From Craspedostauros australis (taxonomy: Eukaryota): a stretch of DNA of 62,773 bases. The stretch spans positions 62,001 to 124,773 of the forward strand of contig JALAGF010002141.1 in assembly GCA_030167865.1 (NCBI GenBank), written 5' to 3'. Below, piece after piece: positions 46,689-58,919 of the stretch. The notes below the pieces were generated by a model. That model was not told the DNA's origin, searched no databases, and saw nothing but the letters and a program-made list of their open reading frames with translations. Positions within the stretch are counted from its first letter, which is position 1, and each line of letters starts with the position of its first letter. The position numbers and the translations under genes were made by a program.

Positions 46689-49600
46689 CTATGAGGATCC
46701 GGAAAGAGGAGCCGCGATGTCGGTTGGAACGATGGAACCGAACCAGGACAGCTTCTGTTTGCCGTCTTCGATAACTTGGTAGTCACCGTCGTCAAACTGC
46801 AACAACGTGGCAAGGACGGGCAGGAGACTGGACCGTTCGCTCGATCCCGGCGGCTTCGACAAGAATTGAACCACGATGCTCTTCAGATAGTCGAGGTTGA
46901 CGTCCTCTCGCCGCCTCACGCGGCACAGCTCCTCCACCTGACCCTCGGCTTGGAGGCGCTTCGTTTCCTCCGTCGCCAATTCGCCGTCCTGCTCCACAAG
47001 CTTCTGTTGCATGCGCTGGATGGCCTTGTCGCGCGCGTCGATTTCGGTGACTTGCGCAGATTCACGGTTGCTCTGCAGTGCGGCCAGCTCAAAGATCTTG
47101 CGATCGCTCAGCGATCCCTTGTCCACCTCGTTCTTGAGACGCTTGTTTTCAGCGCGGAGCTGCTTGGATTCCTCCTCACGTTCGCGGATGATCTTTTGCG
47201 CGGCCGAGCTCTTGCGTGCCATCGCCTGCTGCAGCTGCTGAACCTCCCGCTGCAGGTTGTCCACCACCGCCGTGCTCTTCTTCGCCGCACCCTTTTGCGC
47301 CTGTGATAGAGCATCGCTGGCCGATTTCTTCGCCTTCTCGCTCGCAGCGCGCTGTTGTTCGGTCGCTTCCAGTTGCTGTTGCAGCGCTTGCAGCTCGTCA
47401 TCCTTCTTGCTCAGATCGTACTTGTTGGCCTCCAGCTTTGCGCTGAGATCCGAATTCTCCTCCTTCACCTCGGTCAGTTCATTCTCCAGCATTCCCATCA
47501 ACGCCGTTCGCTGCCCGTGGTTCTTTTGCTCCTCCTCCTTGTCGGCCTGCAACTTGCCGACCAGCTGCGTGCTCTTCGTCATTTCCAGCTTCATACTCGT
47601 CACCTGTTGACGTAGCTGTACGACTTCGGCCTCGCTCTTCTTTAGCTGAGCCTTTTGCTTATCTGCGATCTTGAGCTCGGCATCCTGCTTCTTCAGCGTT
47701 TCCGCCATGTTGTCCAGATTCGACATGATCGCTGACTGCTTGCCATTCAATTCCTCGACCTTGTTACGGCTGGTATTGTAATCGGCCTTGTACTTCTTCA
47801 ATTCCGCCTTCAGTGTGTCGTTGGACTTTTGCAAACCGTCTTGCGTCTCAAGAAGTGACGCGAGAGTCGATTCGCTCTCGGCGGTGGATGCCTCCAGCTG
47901 CACCATGTCTGACTGGACCCTCTTCTTCAGCCTGGCAACGGTTTCTCGTTCTGCTGCCAACTTCTTGTGCGCATCGTCCTTCTCGTCCCTTTCCTTGCGC
48001 ACCGCTTCCGTGAGCGATTTGAGCTTAGTCATCACCTTGGCGATCTGTCCTTCTCTGGTCTTTTCATTTTCCAACGATGTCTTCATCGCCTGCTTGTGCT
48101 CACTTTCCATCTTCTTCTGCTGCGCTTCGTGCGCCTTCTTGATACCAGCGATCTTCTCATCGTGCTCTTTCAGCGACAAGGAGTCATCCAGAGATGCCTT
48201 GAGCTCGACGATCTGTTCTCGAAGCGAGGCCTCCAGCGTCGACTTCTCTTCCTGCATCGCTTTGACCGACGCTTGGTGCTTCTCCTCCACCTTCTTCATC
48301 TCTTTTTGCACTGCCTCGTCGATCTTCTCGGAAGATGCATTCGCGGTGGCAGATAGCTTGGCGATTTCCTTCTCCTTGTCCTCCAGCGCCGTTTTGAGTT
48401 TGGCCGTCTCGTCGTTTTTGGCCTTGTGCAGTTTGTCCATCTCCTCCGAGTTGGCGTTCAACAACTTCTCAAGTTCTGCGATGCGGGTGCTGAAAACCTC
48501 AGCCGAATCCTTCGTGGATTTCTGGTCGGAATCATTCTTCGCTGTGACCTCCGCTAGCTTCTTCGCGGTTGCTTCGTTCTGATTCTTGAGCTTGAGGATC
48601 ACGGCCTTGGCTTGCGCGAGCTTTTGCTGACGCTCCTTCTGCACTTCTCCAAGACTTGCCTTGCCTGCGTCGATCGCCTTTTGGAGTTCACCCTTCTCCT
48701 TCTCCAAGGACTGGACCTTCTCCTGCGCGGACGTGCCACTCGCTTCGTGCTGCTTGAGCTTGGCAACGAGTGACTTCATTTCTTCTTCCATTTTCACGTT
48801 GGATTCCTTCATCGAAGATAGCTGTGATACGATGTCCGTCTCGCGCTTCTGGAAGGTGGCCTTGCTGGTCTCCAGTTCCTTCTTCAGCGAGTCGTTCTGT
48901 TGCTTCAGACTGGTAACGGCTTGTTCGGTCTCGGACGACTTGGCAGCAGTCTGTTTCTGCAGTTCGTCAACAGCTGCTTTGTGCTTGTCTTCTGCAACCT
49001 TCGATTCGTTCTGCACCTTCTTGTACTCATCCTGCAGCGACTTCATCGCGGCGTTAGCATCGCCAGACGAAGATAGATGCTTGTCCAAGGCCGCCGCCTT
49101 CTCATCAAGCTTGGCGGTGAGTTCGGCGACGGTCTTTTGCATGGTGGATGCGGCACTCGCAGATTTCTCCTTGTCTGCCTGCGCCGTCTTGCCCAATTTC
49201 TCAAGTTCCGCGGCATGCGCCTTCTTCATTTCTTCGACGGCCTGCTGCGCCTTGGCCTGCATGTCTGCAGCCGCGCTGGATTGTTCTGTCTTCAATTTCT
49301 CCATGATGCTCTGCAGCTCCTTGATCGTGGCTTCCGATTTCTTGCCAGCTTCGAGCAGATCTTTCTCGCGGGCCGCCTTGGTCTCCGCCAACTTCACATC
49401 AAACTCCTTCTTTTGCTGCGCAAGGCTACCGTCCAATGATTTTTGAAGCTTCTGGAGCTCGGCCTTGTGCTTCGACTCAATCTCGGACTGGCCCTGTTGC
49501 GATTTGGTGGCCATGTCGGACTTGGCGGTCTTCTCCTCCTCTAATTCGGCCGTGACGGACTTGAGCTTGGTGGACATCTCGGTCTCAGTCTCCTTGGCAG

Positions 49601-52600
49601 ATTTCAAGTTGGCCGCCAACGTGTCGGCCAGTTTCTTCATTTTTTGGAGCTCGGACTGCATCTTCTTCGTGCTGACCTCGGCTTCCTGCTGGATGCGCTT
49701 CACTTCCTCCGCAGCCTTGCCGCTCGCATGCGTCTGCGCCGTCTCCATGCTCTTCTTGGTCGACGACTCAATGTCCTCCTTTTGCTTGCGCAAGCTCTCC
49801 TCCATCTGCTTGCGCACCTTGTCAATCTCTTCGGCCTTTTGTGATTCCAGTTGCTTGCGCACAGTCTCCAGCTCGGATTTGTGCGTGTCGGCGCTCTGTT
49901 GCAGCGCTGTGGCTTTCTCGTCGGTCAACTTCTTGGCGAGCTGTGCTGTCTCTTGTTGCTGCTTCTTCAGCATGGCGTCTGCCGCGGCCTTCATTTCTGC
50001 GTCCTTCTGAGCAAGGATGGTGGTTTTTGCAGATTCGGTGGCGGTAGACGCCGCCTTAGCCACCTCCGTCTCCAGCTGCTTCTTCAAAGCCGCAATGTCC
50101 GCCTCGTGATTCTGCTGGATGGATTGCAGATCAGTTTGAGCCTTCTTTTGCAGCGCGGTGATTTCGTCTTGGGCCGATTTCAACTGTTCGTCAGTGTGTT
50201 TCGTCGCGGCCGTCAAGGACTCCACCTTCTTGTCTGCCTCGTCGAGCTGTGATTTGGCTTGCGACTTGGCAGCCTCGAGCTGCTCGTCATGCTCCGCAGC
50301 CTGTGCCTTGAGGCGGTTGTTGAGCTCGTTGACCTGATCGCCTGCCGATTGCTGCGACAGGTTGCGTTCCTCTTGCCTCGCCTTTTCGACGGCGGCCTTG
50401 AGCTGCTTGGTCGATACCTCCTGGAAGCTCTTGGCCTGCGCACCGAAGGTCTTCTTCAACGAATCCAATGCCTCCGTCTTGGCCGTCTCCGCTTCAGCAA
50501 GCGCCTTCTTGAGGTTCTCCTTCTCCGCCTGAAGATCAGCATCGAATTTGGATTGCATCTGCGACATCGCCTTGTCCTTTACGGATGTGGCCTGTGCCGC
50601 CTTGGTCGTTTCATCAGCCTTCTTGGCCAGGTCGTTCTTCAGCTTTTGCAGTTCCGTTTGGTGAGATTCCGCCATCTGCTGCTGCTGCTGGGCCAGTTTG
50701 GACTCCGAATCCTCGCGCAATGCAGCAACTTCGGCATCCTTCTGCTTCTGGAGTTCCGCAACCTTGGCCACCGCCAGCTGTTCCATCTCCTTGCGAATCT
50801 GTTGCTCACGTTGGGCTGCCTCATCTGTCTGTCCCTTCTGCGTGTCCTGCAGTTGCTTCTGATGCTGCGCCTTCATGGTCTCCATGCTGGATGTCAATTC
50901 CTTCAGTTGGGTCTGCAACGTTTGGTTTTGAGTGGACAGCTGCTTCAGCTTGGATTCGCTGTCGGCCTGCTGCTTCTGCAATTGCGCCTGCGCGGATTGA
51001 TTAGACTTGGCGAGCTGATCCTGCGCGGATTTGGCGAACTCTGCCTGAACGGCCGCACGTGTCTCATCTATCTTGGCCTGGATGACCTTGGTCGTTTGCG
51101 CGGTGGTCTGTTGCATCTGCTGTTGGAATTCGGTCTGGACCTTGGCGATGGCCTGCTGCTGCTGCGCGGTGGCGTCAACCTTGAGCTTCTCCATGGCAGC
51201 GGCGTGCTCCTGCTTCAAGGAATCGACGGTGGCCTTCATCTGTTCCGCATGCTTCTTCTCCAGGTCGGCAACGGCCTTGTTCTGTTCTGCATTCGCGTCC
51301 GTGGTTGGTTGCTGCGCCTTTCGCTCCTCCTCGATCTTTGCTCGCGTCTCCTCCTCGACGGTCTTGCGCGTCTTCTCCAGCTCGTTCACCCGTGCCGCCG
51401 CGACCTTCTTCTTGAATGCCATGATCTGCTTCGCGGCCATCTCCTTGAGCGCCTTCATCTCGGCCGCATGCTTGACCTTGATCGCTTGCATGTCCCCATC
51501 CACCTTGGTCTCGCCGGCACCGTCACGCAACGTGGCAATCTCCGCCTGGAATTGGCCCGTGAGCGTGACGCGCAGTTCGTCCAACGCCGCCTCCTTCTCC
51601 TTGACGAACTGGGACCGCAGGTGTTCGAGTTCCTGCGGTTTGGCAGGTATGGATGCGTCGCCGGGCTGCTTCGACAGCTCCGCCTGGAACGTGACGAGAT
51701 CGGAACGCAGCTGCTCCAACGTGAGGCGATTCTGCTCTTCCCACCGATTCCACGCTGTCTGCAGCTGCTCGATCTCGGGCTGTTCATCGGACTTCGACGT
51801 GGAGGTGTTTTTGAGAATCTCATCCTTCCAGAATGTGAGAACGCGGTCGCGGTCCTTCTCTGCCTTCTCGGCGCGCGTTGCCAGCTGCAGGCGGAGAGCG
51901 TTGAGGGCCTTGAGCTTTTTGTTCATCTTGGGCAGGATCTCGAGCAGCTCCTCTCTCGATGCCGTGGCCAAGGACGTCGGTGCGGCACCCGCAGTGCTGG
52001 AGCTTCCAGATGTTGTTGCTGCCGCGGCGCTCTTGGTTGTGCCATGCGTGGAACGATCCTTGGCTGCCTCCTTGACCTTGGTGTTCATCTCATTCATGGA
52101 GGTGGCTGCCTTCGTCCCCAATTCCCCTGCCTTCTGCCGTATCGCAGCGAATCCAAGCCCGAACCTGCTTCCGATCGCACTGCCACCATTTTTGTTGTTG
52201 TCCGTGTCCTGTTTGAGTTAGAAGCATTGTATAATAGAATATGAAGTATGAAGTTTGACGGTCGACGACGGAGAGTGAAGGGATGGTTAGTTGGTGAATA
52301 TGGAATGTAATGTAATGTAATAGTGAAGTGGGATGGAGTGGCAATTGGGCGAGAAGGTCAAAAGCAGAGAAGATGAACGGATGAGTTTGATGAACGAGCG
52401 CAGCGATCGTCGCATTCGTTGGTTGAGATGTTGCCGAACCATGGTGCGCTTGGAACATGATGCTCCTTCATCTGCAACTGCGACTGCTGATGAATAGAAC
52501 AGAGCTGTCGCCGAATGCCATCATCCTCGTATCTTCCGGCCAATGCAACCGTTGCAAGTGCTCTGTGCAAGTGCTCTGTGCAAGTACGGGACTCACTTTG

Positions 52601-52617
52601 TCGCCGTTGCTGGACAT
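46689..52617 (-). CDS. GRIP-domain golgin (long coiled coil), 2 exons, about 1846 aa
   Basis: Micro-exon 52617-52597 (MSSNGDK|GTGAGT) plus exon 52208-46689 (acceptor CTAACTCAAACAG|). About 1700 aa of K/E/Q/A heptads and a C-terminal GRIP domain VNLDYLKSIVVQFL...ERSSLLPVLATLLQF. Confidence 0.9.
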
Positions 52618-53661
52618 GATGCTGATCCTGATCTATGTTGATCTGTCTTAGCTGATCTGTCTTAGCTGTTGATGTCTGCTCGTGCCCTATCCGCAATGAT
52701 GATGACGACGAGGAGGAGGAGACGGAGGAGAAGAAGGATTGCTCTGCAAAGAGATCCCCGATGAACGCAATGGAATGCTTGCGATGCTCTTGAACCAGCA
52801 ATTGGAATCCAACCGCCAACGGAAACTCCCGATTCGCTGCTCAGCTGATGACCCAAATGAAGCGGAGCGAGAAGAAACTTGCTTGGATTGCCTCCTTGAA
52901 TGTGCAACTGTTGATTGGAATGCAACAGAGTGAAGCAGAGTGGGGTGCGTATTGGAAGGTGCGATCCTCTGTCTCTCCCGAGGGCACGAGGGTGGCTGTT
53001 GGATTCGATCAACGCACCAACAAGTGAGGACGAACGCAGCACGGCGGCAGCTTTGGTGGGCGATCTCCCACCACGACGACTTCGCCATTCCTCGTTGTCT
53101 CCCTCCCAACAAGTCGACCGTTGATTTGGCAAGATTGGATGTCCGCTCCAATCACGAATCATCCAAACAACACGATCCACGTTGACATGAATTGGCGGCT
53201 GTACTTCCGTTCGCATTGTGTTTCTCACGATTCAATATATTTATCATTATTAGGTGTTCGTGCTACAAATCAATTGCCTCTTTGTCCATCAAATTTCCAA
53301 ACCCACACCAAAAGAAGAGAAACATCGCGGGCGAAGCGAAGAAAGAAGATGCAGAATCCATCAATCGGATCTGCGTTGTCGCCCACAACAACGGTCTTCG
53401 TGCTCTGTCTTCGGCCTGCCTTCATGCATCAAGGAGAAGGACCACCTCCCATTGCAGCGCGTTCAACGGATCTTGGGCAATCAAGGATTGGTTTGCGGTG
53501 TTGGCAGTGCATCAGAAGGACGTGCGGACCACGAAAAGAGCCTCGATTGAAGAGCATCAAGCCTCGAGAACACGGCAAGTCACAGAGTCACATCCATCAA
53601 ACAATCTACACAACAGAGTCTCATCGCATCGCATCACGCTGGCACCACATCTTTCGCAGCC

Positions 53662-55401
53662 ATGCTGACGTCCAGCCACCGATTGCCGCTGCGGCATGTG
53701 CTGACACGCTGCAAGGTTCGCGGCGGTGGTATGGCCAGGATGCTGTCGTCCTCGATTGCACCATCTCTGCAATCGACGACTGCATCGTCTCAACACATGC
53801 GACGCAGCCTCGCGTGGAAACCATCCACATCGTCGGCAGTTCGACAGTTGCAGCGTGAATTGCAACGTGATCGAAGGCTTCATCACATCCCTCGCATGTT
53901 CAGCACGCGTGCAACGGATTCCGTCGAAGCCAGTGAGAGTACGACCTCTGTTGTATCGTCCAACATCGTTAGCGACAATGAAAATGCAACATCAGCAAAC
54001 GACGATGGCGTGTTGCCACCACCAACCCTCTCATCATCAGAAGACGATCATGCATCCGATGATGATGCACTCACTGGAGATGATACGACCATTGATATCG
54101 ATATCGATGCAACAGCAGCAGACGATAATGCGGATGTGAATGTGGGTATGAATGCGGAGGTGGATACAACGCCAAAGACGTGTGCGGAGAGACTTGATCC
54201 GGAAGGCACGGTCCTGCCCACGAGCTCGTGGATTCAGGTGGACAACATCAGCCCCACTTGCGCACTGGAGGACATCGTCGCCACCTTCCAAGAGCTGCTG
54301 GACGAAGCAATAGACGAGGGCATCGTCGACCTCGACGCGATTTGGGACCCCGAACGCGATGCCAGCGTCCCCACCCTCTCACACGCCATGGCGCACATCG
54401 AGCAACCCTCCGCATCCTCCCTGCAGCACCACATCGGCAGCGCCATTCTCAAGGAGCAGCGATGGATCGAGGCGGCGCACACCGTCATTTCCCTGTTTGC
54501 ACGTCCTCGCGGATGGCGCATCAAGTTCAGAAACCGATCCGTCGCCAATGCCGTGCTCACCGCGGCGCAGCAGAAGGACATCATGTGCCTCTGGAAGATG
54601 ATCACCGTGAGCGAGTGGCGGCCGGAAGAAGGCAGGCGAGATCCTCTCCTCCCGCAGGATGTGCTCTTGCAGGATCCCAAACGACGGAAGCGTAATCAGA
54701 TGCAGTCGGAAGGTGATGATACTTACGTCAACAGTGGCAGCGAGACTGACACTGACAATGACAATGTTGATGGTGATTCTGACGTCGACATCGAGGTGGA
54801 TGCGCATGTTGACGGTGATGACAGCGGCTACGAAAGCGCGGATGAAGATGGCATTGATGCCGATGCCAAGGTGGATGCCAGTGTCGATGTGGATGCCAGT
54901 GTCCATGCAGATGATCTCCAAAACTACATGTCCATGAATGATGCATCCGTGAACGATGAATCCGTGCAAAGCGCGTCTTCCAATACTCCGATAACTCCAG
55001 CCACCAACAGCGGCCAAACAAGCGAAGGCAAAATGAGCGCAACACCGATGAGCACAGACGTGCCCCTTCCCCTGGTCAGCGACTCCATGGTCCGATTCGA
55101 ACGATTTCCTTCCGGCTTTCCCGAGACCAAGCTATTCCGCATGCTGTCGCGATACAACCTGACACGAAAGGCCACCGCCGTGACGACATGGCACAATAAG
55201 ACACCGCGTGGTGGCAAACGCCAAACGCATGACGGCAAAACGACGCTGGCCATGTTCATTGTGGAATTCGAGGATGCGACGTGGGCGCGTGCGGCCGTGC
55301 GGGAGATGCAGAATCAACCGATTGACGAATCGAACATAATGCTGGTGCAGTATCCCAAGCAGATTGTCTATCAGCCGACATCGGGTCGGGGCGGTGACTG
55401 A
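53662..55401 (+). CDS. Probable mitochondrial protein with two divergent RRM-like domains separated by an acidic linker
   Basis: R/S-rich, acid-poor presequence ending RMFST. WIQVDNIS...ARPRGWRIKFRNRSVANAVL and MVRFERFP...MFIVEFEDATWARAAVREMQ fit an RRM beta-alpha pattern. The domain call is inferred. Confidence 0.72.
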   Translation: MLTSSHRLPLRHVLTRCKVRGGGMARMLSSSIAPSLQSTTASSQHMRRSLAWKPSTSSAVRQLQRELQRDRRLHHIPRMFSTRATDSVEASESTTSVVSSNIVSDNENATSANDDGVLPPPTLSSSEDDHASDDDALTGDDTTIDIDIDATAADDNADVNVGMNAEVDTTPKTCAERLDPEGTVLPTSSWIQVDNISPTCALEDIVATFQELLDEAIDEGIVDLDAIWDPERDASVPTLSHAMAHIEQPSASSLQHHIGSAILKEQRWIEAAHTVISLFARPRGWRIKFRNRSVANAVLTAAQQKDIMCLWKMITVSEWRPEEGRRDPLLPQDVLLQDPKRRKRNQMQSEGDDTYVNSGSETDTDNDNVDGDSDVDIEVDAHVDGDDSGYESADEDGIDADAKVDASVDVDASVHADDLQNYMSMNDASVNDESVQSASSNTPITPATNSGQTSEGKMSATPMSTDVPLPLVSDSMVRFERFPSGFPETKLFRMLSRYNLTRKATAVTTWHNKTPRGGKRQTHDGKTTLAMFIVEFEDATWARAAVREMQNQPIDESNIMLVQYPKQIVYQPTSGRGGD

Positions 55402-56244
55402 GTGGATAACCATACAGAGAGACAAGACAAAGCAACGACTCTGCACTGAGAAAGATGTTGCATTGTTGATTGCTGCACCTGAATCTAGAGTGCAAGTACA
55501 TGAACTGGAGTAGTAGTACAATACACGTAATAGAACCGGTCTTGCCTCACCTGAATTCATTCTGCTCGATCTCGTGTTCGATTCCATCCAAGTACTCTAT
55601 TGGAATCTTCTACTCAATCATTGCCATTGGTCTGAAATCTTGACTGGGATGCTGGTCGTTTTGGATTGAAATGATGGCATGTTACCCGATATGCTTTCGT
55701 TCTTTTACTCTTTCGCTCTCTTGGTGGAGCCAAAGGATGTGTTAGATCGTACTACTAGTGCAGCAGATTCCTACCCTTGCGAGAATAGCCATGCCTTCTA
55801 TTACACCTTTTGAGCAGAGGTTCGTCGTCGCGAAATGGCGTTTCATCCCGTCCGATCCATCAACTCTGGAGGAAGCATGCAGTCCGTAGTGACTTCGGTT
55901 GGGGGCTTGGGTATCATTCTTGACTTGTGACTGTGTTGCGTTTTGGCCTGCTTCGACAATGTCCTTGCGACATCCCACGAACATTTAATGTCGACGCAAA
56001 ACACACAAGAAATCACGCCACCGTGTGTGCGACGCAAAGCAAAGTCGCACGGAGGGACATTTCAATTCCGACCAAGAAAGCGACGCGTCGGTGTGGGTCA
56101 CAACCATCACCGGCCTCATTGGACACCAATCATCGCTCACACACGCAGCGCGCTTCTCTTGGGTGGGAATCAGAGATCAGTTGGGCCCTTGCGTTGTGTT
56201 GCATAACCAGCGAACGCAGAAGCACAGCTGCATCCGTGGGCAAG

Positions 56245-57372
56245 ATGCCGCTGTCGACCGTGTTGTCCACATCGACCTCGACGTCTGCCTTGCCGCTGCA
56301 TGCTTCGGCGTCCATGTCCAACAGCAACAAGATCATCATGCGAGAGTCTGCCTCCATGAACCGCATGCAGCAGTACTACGCGCCCAGCGCCGCCGGTGCT
56401 CTGTCCGACGATGAGAACGACGCCTACGCCTGCATGGACACGACAAGGAGGCGAACGGCGCACAGCCACGTGCTGTCCATCGTCGTCCTCCTCTTCACGC
56501 TCTGCGGCATGTACCTCTACGCGTCATCACGCTCGGCCCTCGTAAAGGCCATCCGAGATTCCTCCGATCTCCTCGTCTCGTCGCAGCAGCTCGACATCCA
56601 GGTCAAATCGGCCGAGAAGGACGTGCGCACCATGAACCAGCGCCTCGAGGAGTTCCACCAGCGACAGCGGGCGCAGCGCGACAGCGACGCCGAGGATGCC
56701 CTGCTGCAGCAACCGCCCGCCCTCACGGCCGCCAACGCGAAGGACCAGCAGGAGATGCACGAGATCCAGAACAAGCTCACGGTCTCGGCGCAGCGCGCGG
56801 AGATCCTCACGGAGATGGTGCAGGAGATGAGCCGCCAGGATGCCATCGAGAAGTACGGCGACCACGTGCAGCGCGTGCAGATTGAGCTCGTCTTCCCCGA
56901 CGGCAAGATCGGGCCCACCAAGTTCGTGCTCGAGATGGCGCCGCTGGAGTACATGCCGCACTCCGTCTTCATCTTCCTAGAGATGGTCTCCAACAACCTG
57001 CTCGAGGGATGCTCCTTCATCCTCAACGCTCTGCACATGATCAAGTGGGCCCCGCTGCCCTACGACGGATCGCCACCCAAAACGCGCGCGGAGCAATTCA
57101 AGAAGAAGGGATTGCAGAGCGTCGCCTTCCAGGAGTACTCGCCCAAGTTCCCACACACCAAGTACACCATCGGCTTTGCCGCCGACGGCAGTCCCTCCTT
57201 CTACATCAACACGGAGGACAATTCGGAGATCCACATCAACGAACCATGCTTCGCCAAGATCGTGTCGGGATTCGATGCCATCAAGAGGTTGGAGAAGAGT
57301 CCGCGGCGCAACGGGATCTGGTTCGAGCAGCGTATCGGCATCAAGAAGGCCATCATCCTGCCGCCGATGTAG
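56245..57372 (+). CDS. Type II membrane protein with a coiled coil and a C-terminal cyclophilin-like domain
   Basis: First ATG at 56245. TM VLSIVVLLFTLCGMYLYA, then a coiled coil, then FVLEMAPLEYMPHSVFIFLEMV...FQEYSPKFPHTKYTIGFA...PSFYINTEDNSEIH..EPCFAKIVSGFDAIKRL. Confidence 0.8.
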   Translation: MPLSTVLSTSTSTSALPLHASASMSNSNKIIMRESASMNRMQQYYAPSAAGALSDDENDAYACMDTTRRRTAHSHVLSIVVLLFTLCGMYLYASSRSALVKAIRDSSDLLVSSQQLDIQVKSAEKDVRTMNQRLEEFHQRQRAQRDSDAEDALLQQPPALTAANAKDQQEMHEIQNKLTVSAQRAEILTEMVQEMSRQDAIEKYGDHVQRVQIELVFPDGKIGPTKFVLEMAPLEYMPHSVFIFLEMVSNNLLEGCSFILNALHMIKWAPLPYDGSPPKTRAEQFKKKGLQSVAFQEYSPKFPHTKYTIGFAADGSPSFYINTEDNSEIHINEPCFAKIVSGFDAIKRLEKSPRRNGIWFEQRIGIKKAIILPPM

Positions 57373-58345
57373 ACGTTCACGTTGCGGTGGTGGCCAGGAG
57401 TCGGCAGGCGTCTCCATGCATGTCAGTGTGAGTGTCACAATGGCGTGGAGTGAAGTGGAGCGGAGGTTTACACACACATAGAGAGAGAAAGCGAAGGAGA
57501 GGAAAGAGAAGCGCGTGCGTGCGTGCGTGCTTTGTATCGGACTGGAAAGGCTCTGACGAAAGGGGCCGTGTATGAGTATGAGCATGAGTGCGGTGGAGTG
57601 ATAAGCTTCCTGGCCGATGACGGAGGACAAAACGGCGTCCTCAACTCTGCTCTAGTCTTGAGTATAGCAGCAGTACGAGCTACACAAAGGAACATGGCAA
57701 CGCATGGAACGTTACGCCATGTACCATACGTGCGACTACACGTATCACAGGACAAAAGAGATGATGCAAAAGCAAGCAACAGCTAGAGAGAAAGCCAGCG
57801 AGCATCACACGAATAGGAATGCACAATAGAGAATGGAACTGCCGCACCCACCGCACTGGACAGAGAGCTCAACAGCGGCAGCAGCAGGAACAATCACATT
57901 CACAATCACAGCCATTCACAACATCAAACGAGATGTCAGAAGGTAATCATAACAACAACACAAATAGAGGTGAACATTGCAATCTGGAGGCAGCATCGTC
58001 TTGCTTTGCTGTCCTGCTTGCAGCCCTGGCCAAGAACAGGTGGCCAAGCAAAGGCCGCTCGCTCGCTTTCGCAATGTCAGGAGGCCGAGATGTTGGCGAG
58101 GGTCATTCCCATCCAGTTTCCGGGACTGAAACCGGCTGTCTTGAAAGTTGCGGTAATACAGAGTAGCAATAATGGTGACTCAAACCGATGGATTCAATCA
58201 AGTTTGGAGAACTCTTTGCTTGCGTCACGTTGACCTGTGTACGCTTATCCGATTCGAGAGTGACTCGTTTCCGCCTCAATGGAAACAACAGACTTCGAAA
58301 CCAAAGTGGTTACTTCAACCAGGGACGGGTTTTCATTTGCTATTT

Positions 58346-58458
58346 CACGTCACGTGATGACATCAGCAGGGTATCCAACCCATCAACAAATCAAAATCTC
58401 GTCCATGTTGAAGTTTTGATCGAGTCGGATGGTTCGATCGGGAGTTTGATTTCACGTG
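58346..58458. promoter_or_regulatory. Cluster of ACGT-core (bZIP/G-box-like) motifs upstream of chlP
   Basis: CACGTCACGTG at 58346-58356 contains ACGTCA (TGACGT on the reverse strand) and CACGTG; another CACGTG is at 58453-58458. Function is inferred. Confidence 0.35.
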
Positions 58459-58919
58459 GAATGCATTCCAGATGGTGTTGTTTCCTCTTTGTTGCGGTGG
58501 ATTGCGCCGGTGATGGAACTGTTCTTCCTCTCCTGTGTATTCGTTCTTCTTCTGGATCTGCCTCCTGTCTCCGTCTGTCTCGCCCTTCTGCCGTGACTTG
58601 CTCGCGTTGTCGTGGCGATTTGACGATCTTCCTTCGTCAACATCCGGACCAGCATCGGCAAGTTGATGTTTGGGGTCTTCCTCATCCAGAACCCCACGCG
58701 CAAAACTGAGAAAAGCACGCACACCCTTGGCGCTCTACTCGCATTACTGCGCCAAGTCAATCCATCGCAGATCTTTCGCACCAACCAACACTCTGTGGAC
58801 GTCCGTACAACTTCTGCGCAACACAAATCAATTCAATTCAACACCATCCACACACAAAACAAATTGGTCCACCAAAAACCAATACCACCAACCTCAACGA
58901 CCACCCCCCAACGTCCACC

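Noticed and set aside
50259-52244. 661-aa plus-strand ORF and other long antisense ORFs (491-1486, 28656-29570, 51073-52221, 59399-60748)
   Set aside because: They are shadows of strongly codon-biased genes on the opposite strand, with L/R- or S/A/C-rich translations and no domain features.
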